Shown here in pieces: positions 1 to 13,737 of a stretch of 64,000 nucleotides of DNA (its first letter is position 1; each line of letters opens with the position of its first letter). Origin of the DNA: Camelus ferus (lineage: Eukaryota); assembly GCF_009834535.1 (NCBI RefSeq), contig NC_045696.1, positions 96,350,001 to 96,414,000 of the forward strand, given 5' to 3'. The notes under the pieces are model-generated. The model ran no database searches, was not told the DNA's origin, and saw only the letters and a list, made by a program, of their open reading frames with translations. A program made the position numbers and the translations under genes.

Positions 1-27
1 CCCTTCAGAAGCAATGGCCCTCTTACC

Positions 28-140
28 CCTATCTTACAGATTAGCACCTGAGGCTCCAGATGTAGAAGTAACTGGCACAAGGCCACTGAGGTGGCAAGTG
101 GCAAAGCCAGGATCAAACCCAGACCCCTCTGACCCTCCAG
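28..140 (-). mobile_element. MIR SINE fragment
   Basis: Degenerate MIR core in reverse orientation (ttacaga...ctgaggct...aagtaact...gccaggatcaaacccag). Confidence 0.7.
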
Positions 141-678
141 CCTGTGCTCATTATTGCCAGCGTGCTACATGTATTAATTATCATTTACATAACCCTTAGA
201 AAAGTGAAACTTGGAAGACAGGTCGGGTATAAGAGAAGCAAAACTCCCGACAGCTCCCTCTGCCATAGTGCATGCTTCCACTCGAGTGGAAAGAAACAAT
301 TCTCAGTGTAGCGCCTGTGAGTGAAGTAATTAAAGTTGCCGGGTTTCCTCGTGGGACTGATGCTTGGCCAGGTGTACGTATTACTGTGTTTTGTTAACAG
401 ATTGTCTACAGGCAGTCTTGCTTGCTGTCAGCTTTTCTTATATCCCCATCACATTTAAATGTATTTGTCTCATGCCAGCTTCTGAATCGAAAAAGAAAAA
501 AATTCCCCCTTCCTTTGAGCCCCTTGAAAAAAAGAAAAGAAAAACGAAAATGACTTGAGAAGGAATCAGAAAAGAGAAAGGAGAAACAGAGGATTAATTA
601 ACTCCAACCAAATGGAGTTTTTAATATAGTCTTTAGGCTACTTAGATGGAAAGAATACAAACATTAAGACTCCCTAAA

Positions 679-999
679 GCAGCACTGGTAATAGTTATAT
701 TGCTAGCTAGATATGTTCTTTTAGATTTTCTAGTAGCCACATTAAAAAAGTAAAAAGAAATAGGTAAAATTAATGTTAGTAATACTTTTTTTAACTGATT
801 GTAAACCAAAATATTGTGTTTCAACATGTGGCCAATCTTTTAAAATGTATTAATAAGACATTTTACAGTCTTTTTTTTTTTAACTATATCTTAGAATCCG
901 GTGTGCATTTTACATTTACAGCACATCTCATCACAGACCAGCCACATTTCATGTGTTCAGCAGTCACACCTGGCTAGCGGCCACCATATCGGTCAGCCT
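679..999. mobile_element. MER33-like hAT-Charlie MITE
   Basis: ttttctagtagccacattaaaaaagtaaaaagaaa...cagcacatctca...agccacatttca...tggctagcggccaccatatcggtcagc follows the MER33/MER3 consensus; about 320 bp. Confidence 0.8.
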
Positions 1000-3089
1000 A
1001 GAACTAATGTTTCAGGCCTAGTGAACCTGTAACATACGGGATCTTAATAAAATCACTGAGGAAGCAGGTGACTGTCCAAACTAAAAGAACAAAAGGAATG
1101 GGAGGAATAAAACAGGAGAGAGGTGAAGAAGTGAAGAAGACAAGTAAAGGCAACTTGGGAAGACAGTGGATACCCCCAAAAGCAATTAATAGCTCGACAG
1201 AAGTGTCAGGGGGACAAGGACATAGAAGAAAACTCTGGAGACTGAAAATCAAAGGATGAGATAAGAGAGTCTTGAATTAGGAAGCTGAACCCCATTCACC
1301 AGCAAAACGGTGTCTGCTACATTGACAAAAAGAAGGATGGCTGGTTGACTTCTGGAGAGGGACTGCGGCACACAGATGGAAGGCAGAGTCGAGCAGGGTC
1401 ACACACTCAGCTTTTCAGCACCAGACTCTTATTTTGTTCGCTTATCCAGAGCTGTTTAAAGCTCCACAAGGCAGACAAATGCCAAACAAACTCAAGAAAG
1501 AGTTCAGGAGAAAATCAGAATGCTAATTTATTGACACGCAGAAACCAGCCTTTCCAGGGAATGGAAAAGGTATAGTACTCATTCATATCACCCCCTGGCT
1601 AGTTTTCAAGTTTGCTGTAAAACTGAATTAGTAAGCAGAAGTTGAGGAGTTTTTTTTTTGTTTCTTTCTTTCTTTCTTTGGGTTTTGGTTTCGGGTTCTC
1701 TTGGTAAGTATAAAATTAAAGCAAAAAGAATTGGATAATCTCTGGGGAATGTTCACTCTGTGTGCCCCACAGTAGAACTCACCTCCCTTGTGACAGGAAT
1801 GGTACACATGCCACACTTTGGCCCAGAAGTGCCTCTGATGGGCTGTTACTGTCCAACACCTGTATTATTTACTTCATAGCAGAGGTTCCTGGTGGTCCAC
1901 AAACATTTTTTTACTTTAGGTTTGTTTGTTTTGTGCTGGGCTCGCACAGTCACTTCTGGACTCTAGAAAAACCTGCCTGAACCAGGTCCACATTCTCAGG
2001 TGACACCTATCTGCTGGAGCTGAGGGAAAGCTGCCCTTCTGAGTGTGGCCTGTTGTCAAAACCCCACCTGACCAGCTCCCCTCAGAGGTGGCTCACCCGC
2101 CTGGCTCCTGTAACTCATGAGAGTGAGATCTCTATTACATGGGGAGGTCTGCTAACCAAGCCTGGCCTCAGACGTTCCTGTTGAGGGAGAGGGAGACTGT
2201 GAGACAGAGACAGAGAGAGATTTATTCTCCGTTAGGTACATGATTACTTGGGTACTGCTTTCTTACTGTTAACTAAAGATCCAGTCTTCATCATCTAGGA
2301 GTTACAGATTATAACTCACTTGTTAGGATGGGTTACACCTGATGAAAGTGAATCTTATAAACTTATATTTATTAATTATTAAATGTTTCAGTTCTCAGAG
2401 AATTATTTTTTCCCACTTCTGGAGACATCCTTATATACCTGCCACAGTCACACAGCAAGAAAGCATGCAAAATATATTTGATGACAGAGTCTGCATATTA
2501 CACAAAATATCCTGACAGATGGAAATGATGAACTAAATTAGCAGGATCAAATTTTATCTAAGAAGAAATTCTTTTCCCCCGTCTACTGGATGTATCAAAG
2601 ACAGTTTGGTATCTGCTGTTTGCTAAATCTAAAGTTTAAATTCTAAGTGATAAAAAATAAATGCTGCCAACTCTTTGGTCTCAGTAGCATTTGGGGAATA
2701 GTAGTGCACAAATCAATTACATGAATCCTTTATATAATAGCATTTTTAATTAATATTGCTAAACCGTTGCCCAACATTCTCACCACTGTGCCTTTTCCCA
2801 AAGCTGTTAACAAACGGTAAAATTTAGTAATTTGATTCTCATCTTCCTTCATTTCTTCTGCTCACCCTCTGGCAGAGTTGCTGTCAATCAGCCAAAAATG
2901 TCAGCATGAAGATGGACAAAAAGAAGCGAAACTCCTGCTTAGTCTTCAAACAGGAAAACCAGGGCTTGACCAATTGAGAACTGACCACAATGATTTAAGT
3001 CAATGACTCAGGCCTCTCCTAATCCCTCCCCAGTGAACTTAAACTTGGTTCTCAACTCTTCTCCATCTCTGTTCTCATCTTTACCTGCT

Positions 3090-3850
3090 AGTCTGTACTC
3101 TCATCTTCCGCTCCAGCCTAGGCTTCTCATAGCCTCTCTAGCCTGTTTACTGCTTCCCAAAGGGGACCCCTCTGTCTCCTCAAACTCAAGATGTCCCAAC
3201 TTGAGCTTAATGCTTCTTTGTTCATCACTGCATCCCTAGCTGGTCCCCGCTTCCTGTTTGCAAGATAGGACCAGGTGGCTGAGATTCCAGAGGTCAGGAG
3301 AGAAGGCTCTTGGCTACAGTCGTGGTATGTGGAGCTGCAGAGTGAATATAAAAATTATGTCTCAGAGAGAATGTTGCCAATGAAGATGGAGACATGTCCA
3401 ATCAGCAAGAGAGCCTGGAGAGTTGGGAGCTGTCAGCCCAGGTGAATGGAAAGTGGTCATGATAAATGTGGGAGACAAGGGCTTTCAGGTTCTCCTTCAA
3501 CTAGAGGGCAGACATCTCCCAGCTTCTTGATGTAGAAACATTTTATATCTCTATTCACACACATAAAGCCTATTGATACTTTCTTGCCCAAATCTCTCAG
3601 ACTCATTCAGTCCTCAATCATCCCTCAGCAACAGCACTGGTCCATGCCCTAAACATTTCTTTCTTTGGATTATCCTTATAAGCCAACTTGGCTCCCTGCC
3701 CCAGTTACTTATCTTTTGAAATGTAATGCACAAGATTATCAGTTTAATTTTTCAAAAATCCTCATTTCACCAAACCATTCCTTGCTTAAAACTCTTTGCT
3801 AAATCACTGCTACTTTAAATATAAAGTTTAAACCTCTCAGTCACCTCCCA
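3090..3850 (+). mobile_element. L2 LINE fragments
   Basis: Pyrimidine-rich L2-like segments (ctcaaactcaagatgtcc; ccttgcttaaaactc...ataaagtttaaacctctcag); boundaries approximate. Confidence 0.5.
3498..3512 (+). promoter_or_regulatory. CTCF-like motif
   Basis: CAACTAGAGGGCAGA vs consensus CCASYAGRKGGCRSY (2 mismatches). Confidence 0.35.
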
Positions 3851-5042
3851 TCTAAGGAGAATCCCCTTCTGCCTTCCAGGAACCTTACACTATCCACTGT
3901 TTCTTTGTTCTTTCTTGTATATTCCTTTTTATCCTGCCTGAGTTTTTCCTATTTTATTTATATGTCTTCTTATGGTGGTATCTGGAAGTGGATTATAATT
4001 GTTATTTTGTTTTTAATGAGAAGAAGGTGAAATAGCTCTGCTATTAGAATAGGAGAGAAGGACCCACAGTACAGCTGCAGAAATACTCAGGAGATTAAGA
4101 AAGTTTCTATGTGAGAACTCCTACCTTCTCTCTACCATAGTACGAGGCACTCATCTGCTCAGGGAAGAAAAGAAGGGAGATTGGAGGCTTCAGGAAAGGA
4201 GAAAGGTTTGAGACAGTCAGTGTGGAAAATGGGAACATGAGAGACAGAATTGTAGGAAGTTTTTTGTGTGGTGTGAGGACCTGTTTGAAGTTAATGATCT
4301 TGAACTCTTATGGTGGAATCAATCTGCCCCATTGGGCAATGCTCAGCTGCCTGGATGCAGTCATAAAGAGATAGACAGTTGGGTGTAGAAGCTTAGAAAA
4401 ATGGAGGCAACAGAGGGACAAGAATGTCTAGGGCAGTAGAGACAGAAGGAGAGGAACGTAGGGCACAGAATGGTGTCTAAAAATACTGCTCATGAAATCC
4501 CATCATAAGGGAAGTAATGAAGGAGGAGGTTGATGAATTGGGAAATAACGAGGACAGACAGTGCCAATGATGCTAAAAAAGAGCTGATGGGAGAGCAGCT
4601 GAACAAACACCTGGAAGCAGGGGAGGTCAAGGCCCAGCAGAGGAGCACCCAAATTAGTAATTTTGGAGGAGTAGCATCGCAGGTATTGATACTATCCAGG
4701 GACTTTCCATGGGAGAGGGTGGCTGACATGGAGAGGAAATCACTGAAGATGAAAGGAAGGTGAGCACCTGAGTGGCCATGGTGTTGGCCAGGCCACCCAC
4801 CTACACATTATTGTCATGCAGACTGAACAAGGCTTGGGGTAGCGGGCAAGCACTTGCTTGTCCTATGGAGTGGTGGGCTTTTTGCCCATTGCCAATGTAG
4901 ACAATGAATGGGAGAACACCCCACCCCCAGCAGATGACAGCAACAACAGGGGGTGAAGTAAAATATCTAAATGGCATGGGTGCATAAAAGCAAGGTTTTA
5001 ACAAGAGAATGGAAATATAATGTTGGGGAGTAAGAGACTGAC

Positions 5043-5520
5043 TGTGGCAAACCCTCCTTGTTCTCTGCCTGATAGCTTAATCCCTTTCCTTCCTTACTAA
5101 CAAAATCCTGATATTGTTCTGGGGTGCAATATGCTAACAAACATAGATTTTCTTTCTGGATTCCCTTGCATCAAAGGGTGGCTATGTGGCACATTTCAAG
5201 CCAATGAGACCTATACTTAATGTCACTAGGGAATCTGAGAATGTTTTTGCTTTTCTGATGCAGGTACCATCCCTTAGCTCCTTATCTTTTCATGCCTGGA
5301 ATTTAGACATGATGGCTAGGGTGCAGCAGCTATGTGGTGACCAAGAGGTTATAAATATGAGGAAAAGGCAAAGATAATCACAGAGAGGGGAGTCCTGGTT
5401 TTGACTGGCCGTCAAACTAATACCAGCAGCCATCTATATCCAGCTTCCTGATAGACATTGAAGAAAGATGAACCCTACTTCATTAAGCCAGGGTTGACTT
5501 TCTATTACGTGTAATAAATT
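5043..5520 (+). mobile_element. MLT1 (MaLR) solo LTR, MLT1J-like
   Basis: tgtggca start; ttcccttgca...ggctatgtg...gccaatgaga; gcctggaatttagacatgatggct; ttaagcca near the 3' end. Confidence 0.7.
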
Positions 5521-6261
5521 ATGTAAGAAAACAGTAACCACATGAGAGGGCTGCAGAAGTAGTGCGCTCAGGGACAAGGACAGCTTCAGCAAAATAGGAG
5601 GTGGGAGGTGAGGGAGTGCTATAAAAGAAATCATGCAGGTAGGGCAATTGGCAAGTTATGGAGAAAGGATTCAAGAGGCCAAGGTGGAAGAGAATGAGCA
5701 GGAGAGGAGGAGTGGAAGGATGAGACAGAAGGATGTACACATTTTCATGAGAATGATGGTGGCAGTGGATCAAATGACCGTGTAGACATGGAGGTGGAGG
5801 TTACACTTTGGACCTTGACCAATGAAAACAGAAATGAGAGGCACGATGGAACTGACCTCCAAGACTCTCTGAGGGTAAAAACCTGTGCTACCTTCCTGGA
5901 GGCATTACCAGATGTGTCGGGGGGCTATCATCTTTCCACATCCTCAGTTAGGCAAGAAAAATGTCATCCTTTTGGCCTCTCTAGAGAATCACCATGCAGG
6001 TTCAAAGTGGCATAATGAAACCTGGCAATTTCTCTGGATTCCTTCCAAATCTCCCTAGGGGCAAGAACAGAAGCAGCCCTGGGGAGGGGGAGGGATGCAG
6101 GCCACAGGGGCTGCCAGGGCTGCGTGAGGGAGGCATGCTGCCCTCTCCTCTGCTAATTGGCCCACAAGGGTTGTTATCTCTCTCAGGAGGCTGGTGTTCC
6201 CCTCGCTGAGCCCTCAGAGTCCCAAAGCAGAGTTACAGCATGTGCCTGGTAGATCATCCAC

Positions 6262-6275
6262 GTTGCTATAGCAAC
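6262..6275. promoter_or_regulatory. Perfect palindromic X-box (RFX site)
   Basis: GTTGCTATAGCAAC matches GTTRCYNNRGYAAC. Confidence 0.55.
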
Positions 6276-6989
6276 AGGCTTGCCCCTGGAGCTGTGGGTT
6301 CATGGCAAAATTATCAGGCATCTCTTAAAGGTAGCTGATGTGGGTGTGACCAGGATGCAGGCCAGGTGGGCAGACATGAAAGTCTGAAGCCAAGAATATT
6401 CAGGGTAGGAACTTTACTTCAAATGGTCAAAAACCTAAAGAGTCTGAGAATGAGTATAAAGCTACATCCAACAGGGACCCAGGGGTTAAATAGAAGAAGC
6501 ATAATTCAGTCACCAAGTCTAAGGGACGTTCTTATGATGGATTTGAGAGGAGAGGGAGCTGGTAGGGAAAGTAAAGAAAGAAACCAAAGCAGAAGGGTCC
6601 GAGTGTCTGTGATTCCTTTTCATTGGCTGTTGGCTGCAGGGTGTGGTAGCTGAGCTGTATTAATATTCAGGGATTCTGAGAGGACACTGGCTGCCCCCAA
6701 CCTTGGCCAGCCATGGACAGACAGCTTGCCTTTCAGACTCTCTGCAGACTACCCCCCATTCTTGTTCTGAGTTAATGAAAACCAATTCTGATGGTGTTAG
6801 GACCCCTTCCTCACCTTCTGCCTTGATCCTTTTACCTGGATGGAGTTCTCAGCATCTCTCTGTGGGGTGATAAAACTGCAGATACCACCCAGGATAGCTG
6901 GCTAGTCTCTACCAACAGACTCGGTTCATGATTTGCAATACAGTTCTCAGCTAGGGCTAGAATCTACAACTCCCTGGGCTGAGACCTAG

Positions 6990-7100
6990 TGGAATATACA
7001 CTCTGTCAGGCAAGGGTCGTTGACAGTTTATCATTGTATTCCTAACACGTAGCACAGAGCCTGTCATACAGTAGGATGTTACTAAATATTCATTGAATCA
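6990..7100 (+). mobile_element. L2 3' end
   Basis: cattgtattcc...tagcacagagcctg...tagg...taaatattcattgaat, the typical L2 terminus; another lies at about 7760-7865. Confidence 0.65.
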
Positions 7101-8689
7101 TGGGTGACCGACAACCTTCTCAGCCCTTGCCTACCCTCCAGGTTACTGGACACTTCTGTGGGCACCCGCCATTGGCATAGCCTGCTTCTTCCAGGATGGA
7201 CCCTTGCACAACCAAGACCTTTCACCCACTTCTCACTGAGATCACCCGTAACCAGAGATTCCTGGTGTTATCCACCTGCGGGGACCTTTGGACACCAATG
7301 CCAACCTGAATTAGGACAAGATTTCAAATGTCCCTTTAGCCACTGCAGTGGTAGCATCTGGATCCCTGCCTTGGTGACGACAGCCTCAGTCCCCTGGCCT
7401 AGACCTGCTCCGTCTCAGCCTACTTCCCCTCTCCATCAGCTGAGGACTTGTCATCCTTCATGGTCAAGCTCTGTGGAGTCTATGAGAGTTGTGGCAATAC
7501 TGCAGATGACCCTGAAGGTCTCCCAGCTATAACAGCCTAGGAGCAAAAGTTAGGACTGTAGTACTACAATTTTACTCTGATTCATAATTGAAGAAATTTA
7601 AAGTCTCTCGCCTAATACACTATCTAAAATCATACAGTAAATAGTAAAATAGTGCATGTGTGTGTATATGTTTTTACACTATTTCAAATTATATACTTGT
7701 GGAATTATTTATGAATTTGTTAAATTGGTTTTCTTTGTGTTTGTTTATTTGTTTTGCCAGTATCTCCCATTGGAATGGAAACTCCATTATGTTAGGAACT
7801 TCATTCATTTTATTTACTACCTAAATAGTAGGTATCCAGTAACTATTAAATGGATGAATAAATGACTTTTGGATGTTCTCAGAGTGAGCTTTCTGTGTAC
7901 CTAGGAACCCGGTTCTCTGGCTGCTGTGTGGAATGCTCAATTTCCTCATCACCCACTCCATCTTTCCATGGAAATGTGTAGCCTTCACCTCTGATGTCCA
8001 TCATTACTATCAAGGCATGGGTGCTTCATTTGCTATCAGAATGCCCAGTGGCATCTTCCACTCAGATCTGCCAAAACCACACTGCACCACGTTCATTCAT
8101 CTGGGCCAAGCCCCCCCTACCACTGACCCTGATAACACACCACTGTAAAGATGCTTGGCGGGGTTCCCCACTGAGGAGAAGGCAATCTCTTTCCCCACTT
8201 TTTGTATGACCCACGTCCCAAGTAAGGCTGACTTGAGTGTTCAGATATTTTTTTTTATAAAAATAACACATTTTTATCTTTGTAGTCAGCCCAATTGCCT
8301 AGAAATCTGGCATAAGCCCATCTGAGCGACAGGCATAGTACTATACCTGTGTGTTGGTACTGGACCAAGCTTGCATGTACTGCCTTTTTCCCACTGTTTG
8401 AATTTTATCTACTCAGGTCCCTCAATTTCTCTTTTGATAGTCCCTTGGGCCAAGGCCTCTGACTCCACCTGTCCCCCTAGCATGACCTGACATGTGTAAA
8501 TCCTCCTGTGGGCGCAGTTAGAGCAGCAGCTAGAATGGCCACCACATAAGGAGTTGGATCTTACCCTGTGGGAGATGAGGAGATTCTGGAATAGAAGATT
8601 CTCTTGAAGAATCAGTGCCTTAGGGATAGATACCTCTTGTCAGGTACAGAATGAGATATGGGGGAAGACTCTAGGATATCTTTGGTCAT

Positions 8690-9213
8690 GGTCATTCATT
8701 CCCCAAAGGTCCTGATTGAACAGAACTACTTCCCTCCCACATCTCTGTGGGAGTCAGTGGTACTCTCAATATTTCTGGCTTTCTGAGCACCTGGTAGGAT
8801 ATCAATTCATGACCCTCCAAGCTTAGGTAGTGTCATATGACCAGTTGTGGCCAATGAATTGTAACAAGAGGTGACAAGTGTCACTTTGATTGCAAATGTG
8901 AGACCCTTCAGGAGCCTCTTTCCTTCTGCTGTGAGACTGAACATGGAGGGAACTGCACAAGCTTGAGAACATAGTCGTGGTGGTGGCAGGTGGTGTGATC
9001 ACACTGAGGCCGTTGCTGTAACCACCCACCCAACCAGCAACCCCGAGATGGTCCTGCCCTGTCAGCCTGGATCCTTGGGAGGCCCTGGGGAGCAGATTCC
9101 TCACTAGTGTCCTGTGAAGGACAAGGAGATTGAATGAGATAGAAATCTAGTTTTAGGCCACTGAATTTGGGGGTTCTCACCAGAGCTCAGCCTAGCCTCT
9201 TCTGACCAATACA
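8690..9213 (+). mobile_element. MLT1 (MaLR) solo LTR
   Basis: catatgaccagttgtggccaatgaa...; 3' end ttttaggccactgaatttgggg...gcctagcc...ctgaccaataca. Confidence 0.7.
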
Positions 9214-9907
9214 TCTTCCCTCCTCTCTTCTCTGTTTTTCTTAAAGAGTAATTGATTACTTCCAGGAGGCCTTAAGACCTTCCTTCCTGGCCAGGAGCCT
9301 TTGGGAGCTCCAGGATCAAGAAAACTGCTAAAAAAAAAAAAAAAAAAAATCACAAGGGTGATATTTCCAACCAGACATGGTCACAGGGCTACATCCTCAC
9401 TAGTGTAACTGGGACATTGGAATCATGCAACCATCCATTTAAATAATACTAATTTCCTGTAAAGCACAAAAAACCTCTAGAAATGCTGTCTTCCAGCATG
9501 GCAGGGAAGGGGACACCATCCTTCACTCTCCTCACCAGCCCAACTTATTAGCTTCTCTTCCAGGGGAAGAACCAATGATCTGGGTCAGCATTCCAGGGCA
9601 TTCCTGGGCCATGTTTCCTTCACTCTGGCTTGTATTTCTTAACTTCTTTTCTCTATGTGTTAAGCAGTTAGACAAGGCCTGGCCCTCAGAGGGGCTAGCT
9701 GTCTTCTCGGCTACATTCCTGGCTCCACGTGGCTGACTGCTCCATGTACTTGGGGCCTCTCCTACTCCCTCTTTTATTCTGTCTCTGTCTTTTTCTTCCT
9801 CTAAGGCTCCCAGATTTTGATTCAGAGGTACATGATGGAGAGACAGAAAGAATGCTCACTTAGGCAGCCAGCTTTCCCCTGGAGCTCATTCTGATGCTGT
9901 CAACAGG

Positions 9908-10520
9908 TGTGGCGATTTGTATTGTGTCCACTTAGCTAAACTGGAACTGTGCAGCCCAGATTTCCCTGCCTAATTCGGAGTCTGCCTGGACCTAAGGGGA
10001 TGCTCTGTGCAAGATTTAGAAGGCAGACGTGAAGCAGCTGATCTAGCTCTTCGTCCTGTGCACTCTCGGAACATCGGCGCAGGGGCACCAGGCACTGTGT
10101 CACTCTCGTTGTTGAGATTGGCAGGCTCACCTTGCTGGTGTCACACAGCAGCCTAGCCCACAGCAGCTCCAGCTGCCACGCATCCCCCTTCAGCGTCACT
10201 GACTCCCGAGTCAGGGCTTGGCTGGCTCCGTGGCAGGCACCAGCTGCTCCTGCAGGACTCCTATCGGCAAAGCCAGAGGACTCAGGGGATCGTGAAACCA
10301 CCCGGGTACCAGCTACTTGCTTCCCTCACTTCATATCCAACTTCCTTTCCCAACAGCCTGCCCTGTGGAGTCTGGGTCCCCAGCACAAGAAGCAGAGCCA
10401 ACAACCTCAGACTCAGTTCCCCAGATCCCACTGCTGGGTCAGGTCAAGTCCCTTCAGTAGATCCCCTGCTAGGTAGCGCTCTTCATGCTTCTGCTTCTCT
10501 GAGCAACCCAGACCACTGCA
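9908..10520 (+). mobile_element. ERVL-class solo LTR (LTR33-like)
   Basis: Starts tgtggcgatttgtattgtgtccacttagctaaactggaact; ends tctgcttctctgagcaacccagaccactgca; explains the local cluster of GC-rich ORFs. Confidence 0.65.
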
Positions 10521-11079
10521 CACAGACACTACTGCAAAGGCTCGTGGATTTCTCTCTCCTCGTCTTCCTCGTGGGCCCAGCTTTCCCAGGAATCACGGCA
10601 TGGAGGGTGGGGAGAATTAGCCAGCAGGCCAGGCATTCCTGGGTCCTCTCACTGTAACCTCATCCACATTTATTCAAGTGCCCCTTGTACATCAGTCAAC
10701 TAGAAATACAGAAGTCCTGAAAATGACCAAAATAACTCTTGTTCACTCAGTACCCACAGGATACACAAGGTCCAAAACACTGGATTAAAACATAACAAGA
10801 ACAGTGAGGAACACAGAGGCTAAGCCAAGAGACGAGAAGGCCACCTTCCCTGCACATGTGATTTATCCCTCATTTATTAAACACTTAGCATGTGTGAGGA
10901 AGTCGGTTATTAAATGAGGTAATAAAATTGGCTGACATTTGAGGGTTTATTGATATTCTGCAGTTTTCTAAGGTCAAAGCGCTTAGAACAAAACTTGGTG
11001 TAAGCACTCAATACCTGCTCCCCGTTCTTACTGCTCTAAGGGCTTTGTGTTGCAGCATCATGTTTACCCTTCGCATGAC

Positions 11080-11500
11080 CTGGTGAGGCGGTACCCCTCT
11101 CACCGGGCAGGCGCACCCACCTCTCAGCTGCTGTGAGTGAGTGTTGCTACAGGTTTGCAGCTCTCTCTTTTCTCCCGAGACCTGCCTTCCTTCTCACAGG
11201 AGCTGCTCCCGGAGGTTACATGGCACACCAACCCAGCCTGGGTGACTTTCGGCAGCCAGGGTCTAAAGGATGGGGCAGAAAAGGTACCCCTTGCCTTAAG
11301 GTGGGACTAGCTTTGCAGTCCAATTCATGAGCTCCCTGTAGGATCAGATTGAAGCTAGACCCCTGCTGAGACCAGCTCCTGATTTAGCCCCTCCCTAGCC
11401 CACCGTCTTCCCTTCCTGTCTCCTGAGAGTACTCCCTCCATAAACCATACGCCCTCGAAATCTTTTCTCTGTCTCTGCTGCAGTGGAAGCTGACCAGGAG
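11080..11500 (+). mobile_element. LTR16-like ERVL solo LTR interrupting a MIR
   Basis: gagctccctgtaggatcagattgaagctagac...ctgagacca...ctcctgagagtactccctccataaacc; MIR halves at about 11020-11080 and 11515-11640. Confidence 0.7.
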
Positions 11501-12479
11501 TGTGCCAGAGGTACATCCACTTCCAATGAAGAAATAGAGGCCACTGAGGCCAAGGAACTTTCCCAGGAACCATCCCAGACCTCAGTCAGCTGTGCAACCA
11601 GGATGTGAACCCAGTAGTCTGAGCTTGCTCTCTTTGCCACTGCTCTTCGTGTGGAAAGAACTTGTTACGTGCCAATAAAAGCTATGTCTCTGTGAACATT
11701 AGTTCTAGCCCCCCGCTCAGATGCTAGACATGAAAGTCAATCAGACGTGATCCTTGTACTTCCAGGAGCTTAAATTAGCTCATGGAAGCGACAGTAACCA
11801 GTAGGAGGCAGTGGTTCTAGGCATAAACACACACACACAGCCCTGTGCATACACAAACATACACACATATAAGCCTACGTACACAAACCCATACCCACAA
11901 ATCCACACACATCTACACACATACCTCTAACACACCCTTATGATGGAATCTCCTACAGCTGCTAAAAAAGAATGTAGTAGACTGTATGTCCTAAGGACAT
12001 ATTTTAAATGAAAGAAGTAAAAGAAACTTAACATTTTAAATATTTTAACCATATACATGCATTTCTTTTTTAATATCAATGAAATTGTTTTTGCTTGTTC
12101 CCTTCTTTATGTTTCTATATAGTAGGAAGTTTAAAAACACATAAATACACAAAACCTGATGTATATTCATATTTTTAAAAGGATATTTATGTATCTCAGA
12201 TAATAGTAATAATGGTGCATGTATGAGGCTAACCTGTAGTCTGATGAACAGAAACAATATGAAATGGCAGGTCATTTAAGGAAGTAATAATAGGAACATT
12301 AAATCTTTAGATAGTCATTTGTCCTTATGTTATTAAGTTATGCTTTCTAATTACTGAATTCCCACAGAGTCTGTGTTCTAAGGCTCTCCCTTTTAATGCT
12401 CTGTTTGGCTTCCTGATTCTGCAGCATCTGCCGATGGTCACAGCATTGGGTCCCCGGGACCCGCACTGAGGTGAAATGA

Positions 12480-12660
12480 GCACGGGACCTAGAGTTCTTG
12501 TCTGAATTACTACGTTATAATTTACTCACCGTGACCTCGGGCAAGTCACTTGACCTCTTTGAACTTCAGTTCTCTCATCTGTTTAAATGGAGAAAATAAT
12601 GTCTACTTCGCAGGATTTTTGTGAAGATCAAACAGGGTAACATGTGGATGGGACCTTAAC
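12480..12660 (+). mobile_element. MIR SINE
   Basis: gtgacctcgggcaagtcacttgacctctttgaacttcagttctctcatctgtttaaatgg. Confidence 0.85.
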
Positions 12661-13737
12661 TCCAGCACCTGAGAAGATGAAAATAAAGGAATGGATAAGT
12701 TCATAGCTAATGCGAGAGTCCTTGACTATCTGTGTGACTCAGTAGCCACACAATGTGGTCAATGGCTGATGAAAAGGAACCACAGACACTTCTTCACCTA
12801 GACTGACCAATGAACATTTTGCCACATTTGTTGTGAATAATAATAATAATAATTGGTGGTGGTGGTGGCAGCAGCAGTAGTTTTGACAGAAATATTTGAG
12901 TGTAAATTTCAGACTTCACGACCCTTAAATTTGTTAGTATGTGTCTTTTAACAGCAAAGACATTCTTTTCCACAGTAAAATGATCAGATTCAGGGAGTTT
13001 AACAGTGATACAATATCATTACTTAATAGACAATCTATATTCAAATCTGTCAATTGTCCCAATTATGTCCTTTAGAGAACTTTTTTTTCTAATCCAGGAT
13101 CATACAGAGTTGTCATTTGTGTTTTTTGTCCTATATGAGAAATCTTTGTTTATTCCTCCTTTGGAAGTTTTATACTTTTAGCTCTTATTTTTAAGTCTAC
13201 AGATGAATTATTTGCTTACTTAATGGTAATATAATCTAGTCACATCATTGTTTATTTGATGCTCCTATTGTTCCAGTTTGACCAGTAGAAGCCCCTCCAA
13301 ACCAGCTCTCATGTCCTTTGGACAGATTCCCATAACTTTTTGAGCACATTCTTAACTTCTGGGGCAGTAAGATGATCCTGGCTCATCTTGTACTTGAACT
13401 GCTCCAGCCCTAGAATCAGTCATCTTTTCAAGGATCCCTTACTTCTTCTAGTGTAGTGATATTTAAAAACCAACAGCTAGGCAATAGGTTGCTCATTGCT
13501 GTTGGAGTTTTATTGCTTCTCTTTATCTGTCTCCCTATCTTTCTGTCTCCCTATCCAGATTACTCAAATTCCAATGCAACAAATACCTTGGTATTCTGCT
13601 TAGTCTTCTCCCAGTTCACATTTATACATATCCTCTCCCACAGTGAGAACCCTGGCTCCTAACATATAAATACCTTTATTCATTTGCTTAATTCTACAAT
13701 ATACCAAAATAGTTTCAGAATTGCTATAACCACAATC

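Noticed and set aside
276..291. 16-bp perfect palindrome TTCCACTCGAGTGGAA
   Set aside because: About one is expected by chance in 64 kb (4^-8 per position)
4699..4708. Perfect kappaB site GGGACTTTCC
   Set aside because: Isolated 10-mer in degenerate L2-like sequence with no supporting context
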